NCBI GenBank assembly: GCA_030141605.1
Contig: JAQGDQ010000684.1
Span: 1-64,000, forward strand
Length of the DNA: 64,000 nt
Direction: 5' to 3'
Source of the DNA: Tubiluchus corallicola
Lineage: Eukaryota > Animalia > Priapulida
The notes under the pieces were generated by a model, which ran no database searches, was not told where the DNA came from, and saw only the letters and a program-made list of their open reading frames with translations. Positions 1-11,422 of this stretch are shown here, one piece after another. A program made the position numbers and the translations under genes. How positions within the stretch are numbered: position 1 is the first letter of the stretch; every line of letters begins with the position of its first letter.

Positions 1-790
1 TTTGCTAGCACATGCTGTCCAAGAAAGCTGTTGCTAGGACATTTGTGAAGTTTCGCTAGCAAAATCGAACAAAATGTTTTGGCAAAAAATGCAACTTCAA
101 AGCCTAATTTTGTTAGTAAGGAAGACATGAAATTTAATAAAATTGCTGTCAAATTTTAAGTTACGGTTACCTCTTTTTACTAAACAAAACTTTTAATCGG
201 ATTATGTGAATTTTCTAATCTTGTTACTATTACTGTATGCTGAATGTGTGTCTTAAACTATAACTTCATCTGGGCATAATGTGTGATCCTGAATGATGCA
301 TATTGACTGTTTCCATGTGTCCGTGAGCACTATGCATTATACTGTTAGACAGAAAAGGAAGCACAGGTTTTGTCTGCACAATATTTTGCAGAGGACAGAA
401 CGATACGGCACATATCATCACTTAGCGAAAAAAACTACATTTATATGCACTATGCGTAACTATATGCTTCTACCACATACCAAACACTCAAATAAAAAAA
501 ATATTTGTGTACAGGTATTAAAACTACCAAAACTCGCCTAACTAGAAATTCCAGAAAGCTAATCAGCGATAATGGTAACTGGAAACTTGAAAACTTTGCT
601 ATTCTCACATGGGCAATGATGGTTTCCCATCTGGATATTGCTGCATGAAGCGTATTCGGCATCGATCACGTTCGAATGAATACGGTTCACGTATACATAG
701 AGTCATACCATTAGGCACTCTGCTAGTCCGCAAACATTATTGCAAAAATTATTAGGTATTTATTTTACTTTAGCTTTTTTTTGCAAATAG

Positions 791-969
791 ATAAAGACAC
801 ATCAAGAAAAGAAGCCAGGCAGCCATCTGACGAACCACTAAAAGTAATTCCTGCTCCACCTCCAAAAGAAAATGTGTGGGCAAAGCGAGCACAGCAGCAA
901 ACACCAAAAGATAATGAAGAAGCAACTTATGACAAATATTCAAAATATAACGTAGAGCAAGAAGAAATA
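791..969 (+). CDS. EIF4B: eIF4B-like C-terminal exon (partial gene; may instead run to the stop at 1002)
   Basis: Pyrimidine tract + AG at 789-790 and ATA|GTAAGT donor at 970. Translation DEPLKVIPAPPPKENVWAKR closely resembles the metazoan eIF4B motif DQPLKVMPAPPPKENAWVKR (recalled from human eIF4B). Confidence 0.62.
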
Positions 970-1748
970 GTAAGTCACTTAAATGTATTTGCCTTAGTTT
1001 AATGTGCAAAGTGATACAAACAATTGCTTTATAATTGTACAGAAAAAGTAGTTTTTAAAAGTTTATACCTTGAAAACAGGGGGTAGCTAGCTTCTAAAGT
1101 AAGGGTAGTAAACAAATGTATAAAAAAAAAAGGCGCCATGATACATAGCAAACAATTTTTATACATTTTAATTTTTTGTTTAAAATCAAAACATGAGGAA
1201 GATACAGTTTTAAAGGAAGTACATAATAGTTATTTTGTATTTAAAATTAAAACTTAGTGTAAGAAGTTTTACATAGTGCAGTTTCTTCTCCGTGTGTTTC
1301 TCCATGGCACTCCTTCACAGAAAAAATTGATGATAGTGTGTTGTTTTGCTAAACAGTCTTAACAACAGACATGATATAACACCCTCATAATAAAACGTAA
1401 AGACACTGAAACTTGCCTTTGCAGTCTATAGTTGACCATACGCCTATTGCTAGACAATTGTGTGACAAAAATATATTATAGCGAGATTTGGGGCAATTTG
1501 ATCCTGGGTTCAATCAGTCAACCTTGACAAATGAGTTGTGTATATATAATATTATTATATTATGTATATGTAATAATATTATTATTTTATATATATGTAT
1601 ATGTAATACTATTATTATTATGTATGTGTTTATATAATAATGTATATAAAGTCTGATAAAAGGTGTATCGCAAACAGTATAAAGTGACTTATGCAATAAT
1701 GTGTAACACATTCTGGATGTCTCACAAATGTCGCTTAAGTCTTTTAAA

Positions 1749-2204
1749 CAGGGTCGGTTCTCCCACTAGGGCAAACTAGGCAGTTGTCTGTGGCGCCAAA
1801 TTCTGGTAGTGATTTTTTTATTTTTAAGTTTAGCGTAAGTAAATGATATGTCGGGAGGGAGGAGTTCGCAAATGTATAACGCTTTAATTAAATAAAATGA
1901 ACAACTACTACACTTTAGTTTTCTGTCAAAATGTTTGTTCATCCACACTAACTCGGAGGTAAACGCTTTGTAGTTCTACTCTATCTAATTATACCCAAGA
2001 ATCTATCGAAAAACCTACCTAAAAACCTATCGAAAAGCGTATAAGAATCTAAGAATTTAAGAGCACAATAGGTAGAATAGATTATTATATACAACAAAAA
2101 TTCAATTTTGACGTGGGGTGAGGACCGTGGGGTAAGGAGGTGACTATTTAAGTGGGCTAAAAATAGTTTTGCCTAGAGTTCCACACTACCTAGAACCAGC
2201 CCTG
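1749..2204. mobile_element. hAT-type MITE
   Basis: TIRs CAGGGTCGGTTCT / AGAACCAGCCCTG; perfect 8-bp TSD CTTTTAAA. Confidence 0.8.
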
Positions 2205-2233
2205 CTTTTAAATGTCAGTAACTATTAGCAGAA

Positions 2234-2594
2234 GAGACGTGAGCATTCTCTACTAAAAATTGAATTCGAATCGAATTTGTGATTTTCGAACTCGAATCAA
2301 ACTACATTTTAGCATTTTCGAATTTGAATTGAATTTAAATTCAGTTTTAAAAATGTTCTAATCATTAATAAAAGTCAGTCTGTCAAAGATCGTGCATATT
2401 GCTTGATTTTATTGTGCTGATTGCATGATGTTTCAAACGTTTTATAGATAAAGAACATTTGTAATTGAAGTGCTGAATTATTCGAATCTACAATTTAAGT
2501 TAGAACGAATTCGAACTAAAAAAACTCGTTTGAATTCGATTTGAACAAAAGAAACTGGTTAGAATTAAATTCGAATGTTCGATACTCACGCGTA
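2234..2594. mobile_element. TTCGAA-rich hAT-type MITE, degenerate copy (mirror copy ~6025-6385)
   Basis: Homologous to the better-preserved copy at 36765-37170 and to ~59330-59642; GTGAGCAT / ATACTCAC terminal remnants. Confidence 0.65.
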
Positions 2595-2870
2595 ACTATT
2601 AGTAAATAATTATAATTATTTATTCGTTTCAAACCACATTTGTTGACGGTCGCGTTTAGACGCTAAGTAACTTTAATATTTAAATACATCTTCTAAATAA
2701 TTAACAGTTAATATTAGTAAAAATTTATAATTATTTATTCGTTTCAAACCACATTTGTTGACGGTCGTGTTTAAACACTAAGTAACTTTAATGTTTAAAT
2801 ACATCTTCTGAATAATTAACAGTTAGTTTCTACATTTTTTTTCATTTCAGACGACATTTGTTGACTGTCT
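2595..2870 (+). repeat. ~115-bp tandem repeat whose units contain inactivated copies of the EFTUD2 exon-4 acceptor and exon start (mirror ~5750-6025)
   Basis: ttcgtttcAAaccacatttgttgacggtc at ~2623 and ~2738 versus the real ttcatttcAGacgacatttgttgactgtc at 2841. Confidence 0.7.
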
Positions 2871-2916
2871 AATGGAACTGACGCATCCAGAAATTGAGAA
2901 GAAGGAAGACCGGGAT
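2851..2916 (+). pseudogene. EFTUD2: Inverted duplicate of EFTUD2 coding exon 4 with intact splice sites
   Basis: TTFVDCLMELTHPEIEKKEDRD, reverse complement of 5703-5768; tttcag acceptor and GAT|gtaagt donor retained. Confidence 0.85.
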
Positions 2917-3022
2917 GTAAGTTGAATTTGTAGCCCACAAACTCCGTTAAACCGTTATTCAGAGTGTTGGTATTTTAGTTTTTGATGTTTTTGAAACTGT
3001 AGTTTGAATATGAATGAGTTAA

Positions 3023-3461
3023 CCCTTTCATACCCGTTGTATCCCGTGGGATACGAGAATATTTTCTGCCTTTAAAATTAATAAAATTTTAAAACTGACA
3101 GTTATTTGATCTGTTAATAGTTATTTTGATTTAAGCCAATAACAATAGACTAAAAATGGTGATAAAATGGCAAACTAGAAAATCTACATAGCATAAAAAA
3201 CTGCGCAAGGTACAGTACTTTAGAGACGACTTTGTACAGATCAGCATAGCGTGCATACTAAATGTCTTAAATACTTTAAAAAATTATCAGCAGTTGCAAA
3301 ATGAAGCACATTTTTTGCTTTTGTTGTGTTTTTAAAAAAGTCGGACTTTGTTTTTTTGCACATGACAAAGAATGTTGTGTATCCCACAGGATACATTGGG
3401 AACAAAAGTACCAAGCCAAAAATTTTTTTCTTATTAAAAAAATAATTTGGGACTGAAAGGG
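3023..3461. mobile_element. piggyBac-type MITE (mirror copy 5157-5596)
   Basis: TTAA-CCCTTTCA ... TGAAAGGG-TAAA termini. Confidence 0.6.
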
Positions 3462-3821
3462 TAAAGTAGTAAATTTAAATCCATTTTGATGTAATTATTG
3501 CATTTTATGTATATCTAATTAATACAAAAATTACGTGTAATTAGTTAACCCCAATGACGAGCCACATATATATTGTGTATTTAGAAATTGTGTTGAGTAC
3601 TTAATTGTAAATTCATTTATAATATTACCATTTGTATCTGTTTTTTGTATTACTGTTTACATGCGTGCAAAACTGCTTCGGATGTATGATTTTGATTTTT
3701 TGCATTTTTTAATTTTTTCTAGATTCGATATACTGACACGCTTTTTACAGAGCAAGAGGTATAGCCCTATTCTTAATTTTTATTCTATTCAGGAATATTT
3801 TTCTTTTTTAAAGTTTTTGTA

Positions 3822-3857
3822 CTATTATTGTTATTATTATTATTATTTATTATTATT

Positions 3858-3888
<31 letters not shown>

Positions 3889-3889
3889 A

Positions 3890-3955
<66 letters not shown>
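3822..3955. repeat. (TTA)n/(TTG)n microsatellite (mirror ~4660-4795)
   Basis: Direct inspection; the repeat number differs slightly between the arms. Confidence 0.95.
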
Positions 3956-3960
<5 letters not shown>

Positions 3961-4122
3961 TTTATTTAAAAACAAATATATGCCTAAATTGAGATAAAAT
4001 TTGATTATATTAACACATTACACAAACAGCAGGTTGACTGATGCATGTTATACAGACACATGCGGCAATAATTTAAAATTAAGAAAACTGACTGGCATAT
4101 TACATTAATGCACACTACAATA

Positions 4123-4492
4123 AGCCTTTTCACAATTCCAGCGATGAAATGATTGTGGAAAGGTCAAAGGTTAAGTGTATCACAACAACGTAGCTTAACT
4201 ACAACCGTCACATGACATGTGGGTAATGCAAAACATCAGTTCAGTAACATCAGTTGTTTTACGTGGATTTTACTTAATTATGCATTAATCTGTGTGTAAA
4301 GAGATTTACTAGCAGGATCTTGCTTGAGAACAAGAAAGTGCAGTAAGTAAGGTTCTAGCTAGCTGTTAAAACTGTTACTGTTACAGTAGCATGGGCTGCG
4401 AGGTGCTGTCAAGTGTACACAAATACGTTGCCTGGTACACTTAACCTTTGACTTTTCCATAATAATTTCATCGCTGGAATTGTGAAAAAGCT
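4123..4492 (-). mobile_element. PIF/Harbinger-like MITE forming the centre of the palindrome; its normal 3' end is replaced by an inverted copy of its 5' end
   Basis: Same family as 17402-17780, 43331-43715 and 58397-58771 (AGCCTTTTCA termini in TAA/TTA context; internal IR GGTCAAAGGTTAAGTGTA). The family 3' tail CAGCAACTGCGCATGCGCAC is absent here. Confidence 0.75.
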
Positions 4493-4654
4493 TATTGTAG
4501 TATGCATTAATGTAATATGCCAGTCAGTTTTCTTAATTTTAAATTATTGCCGCATGTGTCTGTATAACATGCATCAGTCAACCTGCTGTTTGTGTAATGT
4601 GTTAATATAATCAAATTTTATCTCAATTTAGGCATATATTTGTTTTTAAATAAA

Positions 4655-4731
<77 letters not shown>

Positions 4732-5702
4732 TCAACAACAACAACAACAACAACAACAATAATAATAATAAATAATAATAATAATAACAATAATAGTACA
4801 AAAACTTTAAAAAAGAAAAATATTCCTGAATAGAATAAAAATTAAGAATAGGGCTATACCTCTTGCTCTGTAAAAAGCGTGTCAGTATATCGAATCTAGA
4901 AAAAATTAAAAAATGCAAAAAATCAAAATCATACATCCGAAGCAGTTTTGCACGCATGTAAACAGTAATACAAAAAACAGATACAAATGGTAATATTATA
5001 AATGAATTTACAATTAAGTACTCAACACAATTTCTAAATACACAATATATATGTGGCTCGTCATTGGGGTTAACTAATTACACGTAATTTTTGTATTAAT
5101 TAGATATACATAAAATGCAATAATTACATCAAAATGGATTTAAATTTACTACTTTACCCTTTCAGTCCCAAATTGTTTTTTTAATAAGAAAAAATTTTTT
5201 GGCTTGGTACTTTTGTTCCCAATGTATCCTGTGGGATACACAACATTCTTTGTCATATGCAAAAAAACAAAGTCCGACTTTTTTAAAAACACAACAAAAG
5301 CAAAAAATGTGCTTCATTTTGCAACTGCTGATAATTTTTTAAAGTATTTAAGACATTTAGTTATGCACGCTATGCTGATCTGTACAAAGTCGTCTCTAAA
5401 GTACTGTACCTTGCGCAGTTTTTTGTGCTATGTAGATTTATTGGTTTGTCATTTTATCACCATTTTTAGTCTATTGTTATTGGCTTAAATCAAAATAACT
5501 ATTAACAGATCAAATGACTGTCAGTTTTAAAATTTTATTAATTTTAAAGGCAGAAAATATTCTCGTATCCCACGGGATACAACGGGTATGAAAGGGTTAA
5601 CTCATTCATATTCAAACTACAGTTTCAAAAACATCAAAAACTAAAATACCAACACTCTGAATAACAGTTTCACGGAGTTTGTGTGCTACAAATTCAACTT
5701 AC

Positions 5703-5768
5703 ATCCCGGTCTTCCTTCTTCTCAATTTCTGGATGCGTCAGTTCCATTAGACAGTCAACAAATGTCGT
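5703..5768 (-). CDS. EFTUD2: EFTUD2 (U5-116K/Snu114) coding exon 4
   Basis: Phase 0-0 exon TTFVDCLMELTHPEIEKKEDRD continuing the G1 motif GHLHHGK|T; AG/GT boundaries. Confidence 0.92.
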
Positions 5769-6414
5769 CTGAAATGAAAAAAAATGTAGAAACTAACTGT
5801 TAATTATTCAGAAGATGTATTTAAACATTAAAGTTACTTAGCGTCTAAACGCGACCGTCAATAAATGTGGTTTGAAACGAATAAATAATTATAAATTTTT
5901 ACTAATATTAACTGTTAATTATTTAAAAGATGTATTTAAACATTAAAGTTACTTAGCGTCTAAACGCGACCGTCAACAAATGTGGTTTGAAACGAATAAA
6001 TAATTATAATTATTTACTAATAGTTACGCGTGAGTATCGAACATTCGAATTTAATTCTAACCAGTTTCTTTTGTTCAAATCGAATTCAAACGAGTTTTTT
6101 TAGTTCGAATTCGTTCTAACTTAAATTGTAGATTCGAATAATTCAGCACTTCAATTACAAATGTTCTTTATCTATAAAACGTTTGAAACATCATGCAATC
6201 AGCACAATAAAATCAAGCAATATGCACGATCTTTGACAGACTGACTTTTATTAATGATTAGAACATTTTTAAAACTGAATTTAAATTCAATTCAAATTCG
6301 AAAATGCTAAAATGTAGTTTGATTCGAGTTCGAAAATCACAAATTCGATTCGAATTCAATTTTTAGTAGAGAATGCTCACGTCTCTTCTGCTAATAGTTA
6401 CTGACATTTAAAAG

Positions 6415-6870
6415 CAGGGCTGGTTCTAGGTAGTGTGGAACTCTAGGCAAAACTATTTTTAGCCCACTTAAATAGTCACCTCCTTACCCCACGGTCCTCA
6501 CCCCACGTCAAAATTGAATTTTTGTTGTATATAATAATCTATTCTACCTATTGTGCTCTTAAATTCTTAGATTCTTATACGCTTTTCGATAGGTTTTTAG
6601 GTAGGTTTTTCGATAGATTCTTGGGTATAATTAGATAGAGTAGAACTACAAAGCGTTTACCTCCGAGTTAGTGTGGATGAACAAACATTTTGACAGAAAA
6701 CTAAAGTGTAGTAGTTGTTCATTTTATTTAATTAAAGCGTTATACATTTGCGAACTCCTCCCTCCCGACATATCATTTACTTACGCTAAACTTAAAAATA
6801 AAAAAATCACTACCAGAATTTGGCGCCACAGACAACTGCCTAGTTTGCCCTAGTGGGAGAACCGACCCTG
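6415..6870. mobile_element. hAT-type MITE (mirror of 1749-2204)
   Basis: CAGGGCTGGTTCT ... AGAACCGACCCTG with TTTAAAAG TSD. Confidence 0.8.
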
Positions 6871-7286
6871 TTTAAAAGACTTAAGCGACATTTGTGAGAC
6901 ATCCAGAATGTGTTACACATTATTGCATAAGTCACTTTATACTGTTTGCGATACACCTTTTATCAGACTTTATATACATTATTATATAAACACATACATA
7001 ATAATAATAGTATTACATATACATATATATAAAATAATAATATTATTACATATACATAATATAATAATATTATATATACATATACATATACATAATAATA
7101 ATATTATATATACATATATATAATATGCATATATATAATATATTATATATTATAATATATAATTTATATAATATTATAATATTATATATATTATTATATA
7201 TATATTATAATATTTATCAATATAATAGTTTTGCAATCTAACAGTGTTTTGTGTGTAAAACCAATAAAGTTTACAACAAATCCTAC

Positions 7287-7478
7287 CTTCCCGTGGTGCA
7301 GATGACCGGCTATGACCACATTACGAACGAGATCGGGGCAGTCCATAAGATCGGCGAGAAACTCCATGTCATAGGAAGTGATGGGCAGCTCTTGTTCGAT
7401 CATGGAAAACTTTTTCTTTTTCACCGGCGCGATAATGGGTTCCGACAAAGGCTGAATGTCTTCCTCGTGCACAATGGT
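7287..7478 (-). CDS. EFTUD2: EFTUD2 coding exon 3
   Basis: [24 protein letters not shown]...[24 protein letters not shown]; ttttcag acceptor, AAG|gtagga donor; 192 nt, phase 0-0. Confidence 0.95.
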
Positions 7479-7935
7479 CTGAAAATAATTAGTACGTTAC
7501 AATCCGCTGTCATTCTCCGAGTCACAAGCACAGATTTGATCCAATGTTTAAATATGTTGTGTACTTATGTAAAAAACTCCATGCAAACTTTGAATGAAAA
7601 GCTAACCCTCGAACAACATTCACTGTATTTTTAATACGCACAAAATATCGAAATTAATGCAGAATATACATGCAATAAAATGCCTTAAATCAAATTTAAC
7701 TCATTCGTATATCTCGCCAAACGAATTTCGCTGCAGGCGCATTTGAAAAAGATGATGTAAGCTGGGGGACAGCACATAGGCACGGGTAACAAAACTTCTG
7801 TAACTCACTGAGAAATTACGCTATTTTAGCTAATTAAATCTTTGTGTTTAAATGTTTATGTAAAAACGAATCGTTGAATCAACTAGCAACAACTTAAAAG
7901 TGCTCACACAGGATGATACCTCAAAATGTGTAAGT

Positions 7936-8339
7936 CAGGGGTGTGCAAATTGCGGCCCGCCGAGAGATCTTGTGCGGCCCGCAAAGAGGTTTGTCAACAT
8001 AATGAAAGTGCGGCCCACGCAATCCAGCTGAAGTCTGCACCAATATCGCAAAGATAGTGCGGGTAGTTTTTTCCTCTAGATCGGATGGCATTGACCCTTA
8101 CAAGACCGTTGTCACTTAATGTCACTGTCGGACATGACGAAATATTTGGTTTTTAATACAAATTTTAATAATTTCTAAAATAGTTTTTTGATTGTAGTAT
8201 GCAGTAGTAATGATGTGACAGATCAGATGCAGAAAAATCGTTATTAGGTCCTACTGTACTTGGCTCCTTGACCAAACTGCATGTGGCCCACAGGAATTGC
8301 GGGAAAGTTTAATGTGGCTAGTCAGATAATTTGCACACC
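7936..8339 (+). mobile_element. hAT (Charlie-like) MITE with truncated 3' TIR
   Basis: Starts CAGGGGTGTGCAAATTGCGGCCC; homologous to 18899-19343; ends TTTGCACACC, lacking the terminal CCTG. Confidence 0.8.
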
Positions 8340-9188
8340 TCAAAATGCGTAAGTACTATACATAACGTAACTATAGATAAGCATGGAATTTTGCAAAGGT
8401 ATGAGCATGCAGGTGCCGAGCGGTTTACTTAGCTTATCTAGTCAATTTTAGCTTGTTAAGATAATCATTCTGTTACCTTGTCGGTCGTTAACTAACAGAG
8501 TTGGAGATTATTATATTATCAACAATAACTGGTTTCCACTGCATAGTGGACAACGGGATTCATCAAAAAGCAAAACTATGGTACACTCATATCTCGGTTT
8601 GTCGGACAAAAGCGGGGAAACCTCGGTCCGAATTTCCCGATACTAAGCTAATACAGTAGGCACTGGGTATTAGACTCGCGTTAATGTAGAATCGATCCCA
8701 TAATTGTCTCAAAATCATCTAGTATGGGCTGCTTCTACGCAAAAGTATATAAAACCGTTGGCAATTGACTCAAATAACTCTGCATAATTGACTCTAAATC
8801 ATTTACACACATTGATTAAACCACCAAACATGGCTGAATGTACAAGCTACACACGTGTCGTTACATGCTGTTTCGAAGTAAATAAAGTGACAGCCTGTCA
8901 GCTAGCACTCAGCTCGCGAAATAACGGACTGTGTCTGTAGCATACGGGACTTTCTATGGTCCAGTGTGTCTGTAGCATACGGGACTTTCTACTGACCAGA
9001 TTTTATCCGAATTTTCTGACATCCATAAAAGCGAGGTCAGAGAAACTGAGATATGAGCATATTAATAATCTCTCGTTTAACATTTTGAATTGTTTGTAGT
9101 TGATAATAATAACTACGACTGCGAAAAAGGTTGCTCAATTATTTTCCATTTTCTCAATTATTTAATTAATTAATCAGTAAGAACCGAC

Positions 9189-9308
9189 CTCAACTTCCGG
9201 ACCATAAACCTCCTCTGCAGTTGGATAGTACTTTTTGTCTTCGTGCAAAACAATTTGGTTTTGTGGGGTGACGTCGTCATAGTCTTGATCTTGATCCATT
9301 TCCTCATC
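9189..9308 (-). CDS. EFTUD2: EFTUD2 coding exon 2
   Basis: [40 protein letters not shown]; AG/GT boundaries; 120 nt, phase 0-0. Confidence 0.95.
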
Positions 9309-9777
9309 CTATAAAATGAAAAAAAAAACATCCCAAACAATCAATTTCAAATACACCATAGCTATCAACTTCATTATTCATTTGAGCATGTGCTAGCTAC
9401 ATTGAAACTGGTAGATTTAGGCTCAAATTTTCAAAAGAACCAGAAACCATAGGAACCAAAAGAACTAGAAATCATTTACTTTATTTCAAAATTATTTCAA
9501 TATTTATATCAAAATCGTAATTACATATTATGTTTTCCTATGTTTCCTTGCTATTATTACATCATTTACTTTATTACATCAATTTCATTAAGTCATCTAC
9601 AAAAGCACGCATAACTATAATCATTTTTTCATTTTCATTTAAGGTGAGTGTGTTAATGACCGTATGGTCGTACACTCACCTCGCACTACTCAAATCATTT
9701 TATTTATTGTTTATTTATGTGTACAACATTGTATTTTGATGTGTGAAATAAAAATTCATAGTTCATAGACACTGTAC

Positions 9778-9894
9778 CATTGCACGTCCTAGAGCATCCA
9801 CAGCTCCTCCACGAGACTCCTCTTCTTCTTCCTCATCGCTTTCCAATTCTGGTCCAATGTAGTTCCCAAACTCGTCGTATAGCTCTTGTTCCAT
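9778..9894 (-). CDS. EFTUD2: EFTUD2 coding exon 1 (start codon)
   Basis: MEQELYDEFGNYIGPELESDEEEEEE..., the hallmark Snu114 N-terminus; acceptor 6 nt upstream of ATG; ATG|gtacag donor. Confidence 0.95.
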
Positions 9895-10416
9895 GACCGA
9901 CTAAAACGAACAGAAAAGAACATAGCAGCTAGTATAGTATTTGTGAAATTTAGTTTGAAATTAGAAATGAAAGTCAAAGTGAAATGAAAAATGAGATTCT
10001 CAGAACAAAGTAACAGGCCCCTCCCCCCCACCCACATTGGCAAGTTGAACGAAAAATTGTTTTGTAAAACGTTATCTATAGAACCCAAAAATCATTTTGA
10101 CAAAAGATTTCTAAGACAGAATAAAATGAATACTTTATTCATAGTTCTACATAAAACAATTTACGACAAGGTCCTCCTGCCATAGCTGGGTAAGTTCTGA
10201 GCCAAGGCATTGCATGTTATAGTGAGCCTCGTGTTACAGAGTTGGATTTCTAAGCAAGTTTTGTATGTAATTTATATGTTTTGATACACATGTACTTAAA
10301 ACAAAAAACACTCCTCATAAATGAAGCCCAAAGAATTCATCTTGAAATTTCATATCATTTGCACACAGAGCTTGCTTTAGCAGGTAAAGCTGTATGAAAC
10401 TTGTAAATTTAGACTA

Positions 10417-10655
10417 ATATAGTATAGTATAGTATAGTATAGTATAGTATAGTATAGTATAGTATAGTATAGTATAGTATAGTATAGTATAGTATAGTAT
10501 AGTATAGTATAGTATAGTATAACAGTATAGTATAGTATAGTATAGTATAGTATAGTATAGTATAGTATAGTATAGTATAGTATAGTATAGTATAGTATAG
10601 TATAGTATAGCATAGCATAGCATAGCATAGTATAATATAGTATAATATAGTATAG
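10417..10655. repeat. (TATAG)n pentanucleotide microsatellite
   Basis: Direct inspection. Confidence 0.95.
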
Positions 10656-10889
10656 CATTGTTAGTATATTATAGTGTCACCTTTCAATTTACAACAATTT
10701 AAAACACAAAGGTATGCACAGTTACAGTAAAATAGAAGCCACTATGTATGTATGTAATTTATTGACGAACAAAATTATAATTAAGATTACAAATGCAGGG
10801 TAGATATAAGAAGTTAGTCCATAACAAGGCTTGTTCCTTACTCCTACATCAGTGACGTCACTAAAATGCAATACGGCTACAGAGCTTGT

Positions 10890-11422
10890 GTTAGCAGCAA
10901 CACTGTATAAAAGTCGTAATTTTAAAATGCCGCGATGATCATTAGGTGCTACCATTTTGAAGTCATTTGAAACTTGTTTAGATAAAATTGCATAAAGTTT
11001 AAAAAAATAATCAGAGCATTCGCAGCATACTCTTCATTAACTAACCAAATGTTTAAATTACAGTGAGTTGTCACTTAGCGACGGTAACGTGTTCCAGCAA
11101 AATGCGACGTTAAGCGAAACAGCGTTAAACGAAGCCAAGATTTCCATTGAAAGTAATGTAGAAGAGGTGAGATACGTTCCAAAGGCAAAAATCAATGCTA
11201 CTTAATACCACTTACGTACTATCTTTTCGTTTGAATGGCTTGCATCGGCCGTAACGCTGTATAAAATGTGTAAATTTAAACTCCCGTGATGACCGTTAGG
11301 TGCAGCCATTTTAATGGTAGGTGTTTGAAACCAGTTTAGATAATATTAAGTAAAGTTCGAAAAAGTAATCAGTGCATTCGTAGCATTTATTTTGCTAATT
11401 AAGTAAAATTTTAAATTACTGT
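10890..11422. repeat. Diverged direct duplication (~355-bp period) with a pogo/Tigger-like terminus near 11061
   Basis: 10922-11062 resembles 11275-11422; TA-CAGTGAGTTGTCACTTAGCGACGG looks like a Tigger-type end. Confidence 0.4.

Larger units (their letters stand above)
1539..4179. repeat. Left arm of ~2.64-kb inverted duplication (palindrome)
   Basis: Reverse complement of 4436-7080 throughout (e.g. 1749-2204 mirrors 6415-6870; 2851-2916 mirrors 5703-5768), with scattered substitutions and small indels. Confidence 0.95.
4436..7080. repeat. Right arm of ~2.64-kb inverted duplication
   Basis: Reverse complement of 1539-4179; outer end lies in AT-rich low-complexity DNA. Confidence 0.95.

Noticed and set aside
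3661-4957. Twin poly-Leu ORFs (3661-3957 + and 4658-4957 -) and other duplicated short ORFs in the arms
   Set aside because: They are products of the (TTA/TTG)n microsatellite and of the palindrome; no coding signal.
10377-10658. YTILY-repeat ORFs
   Set aside because: Translation of (TATAG)n.
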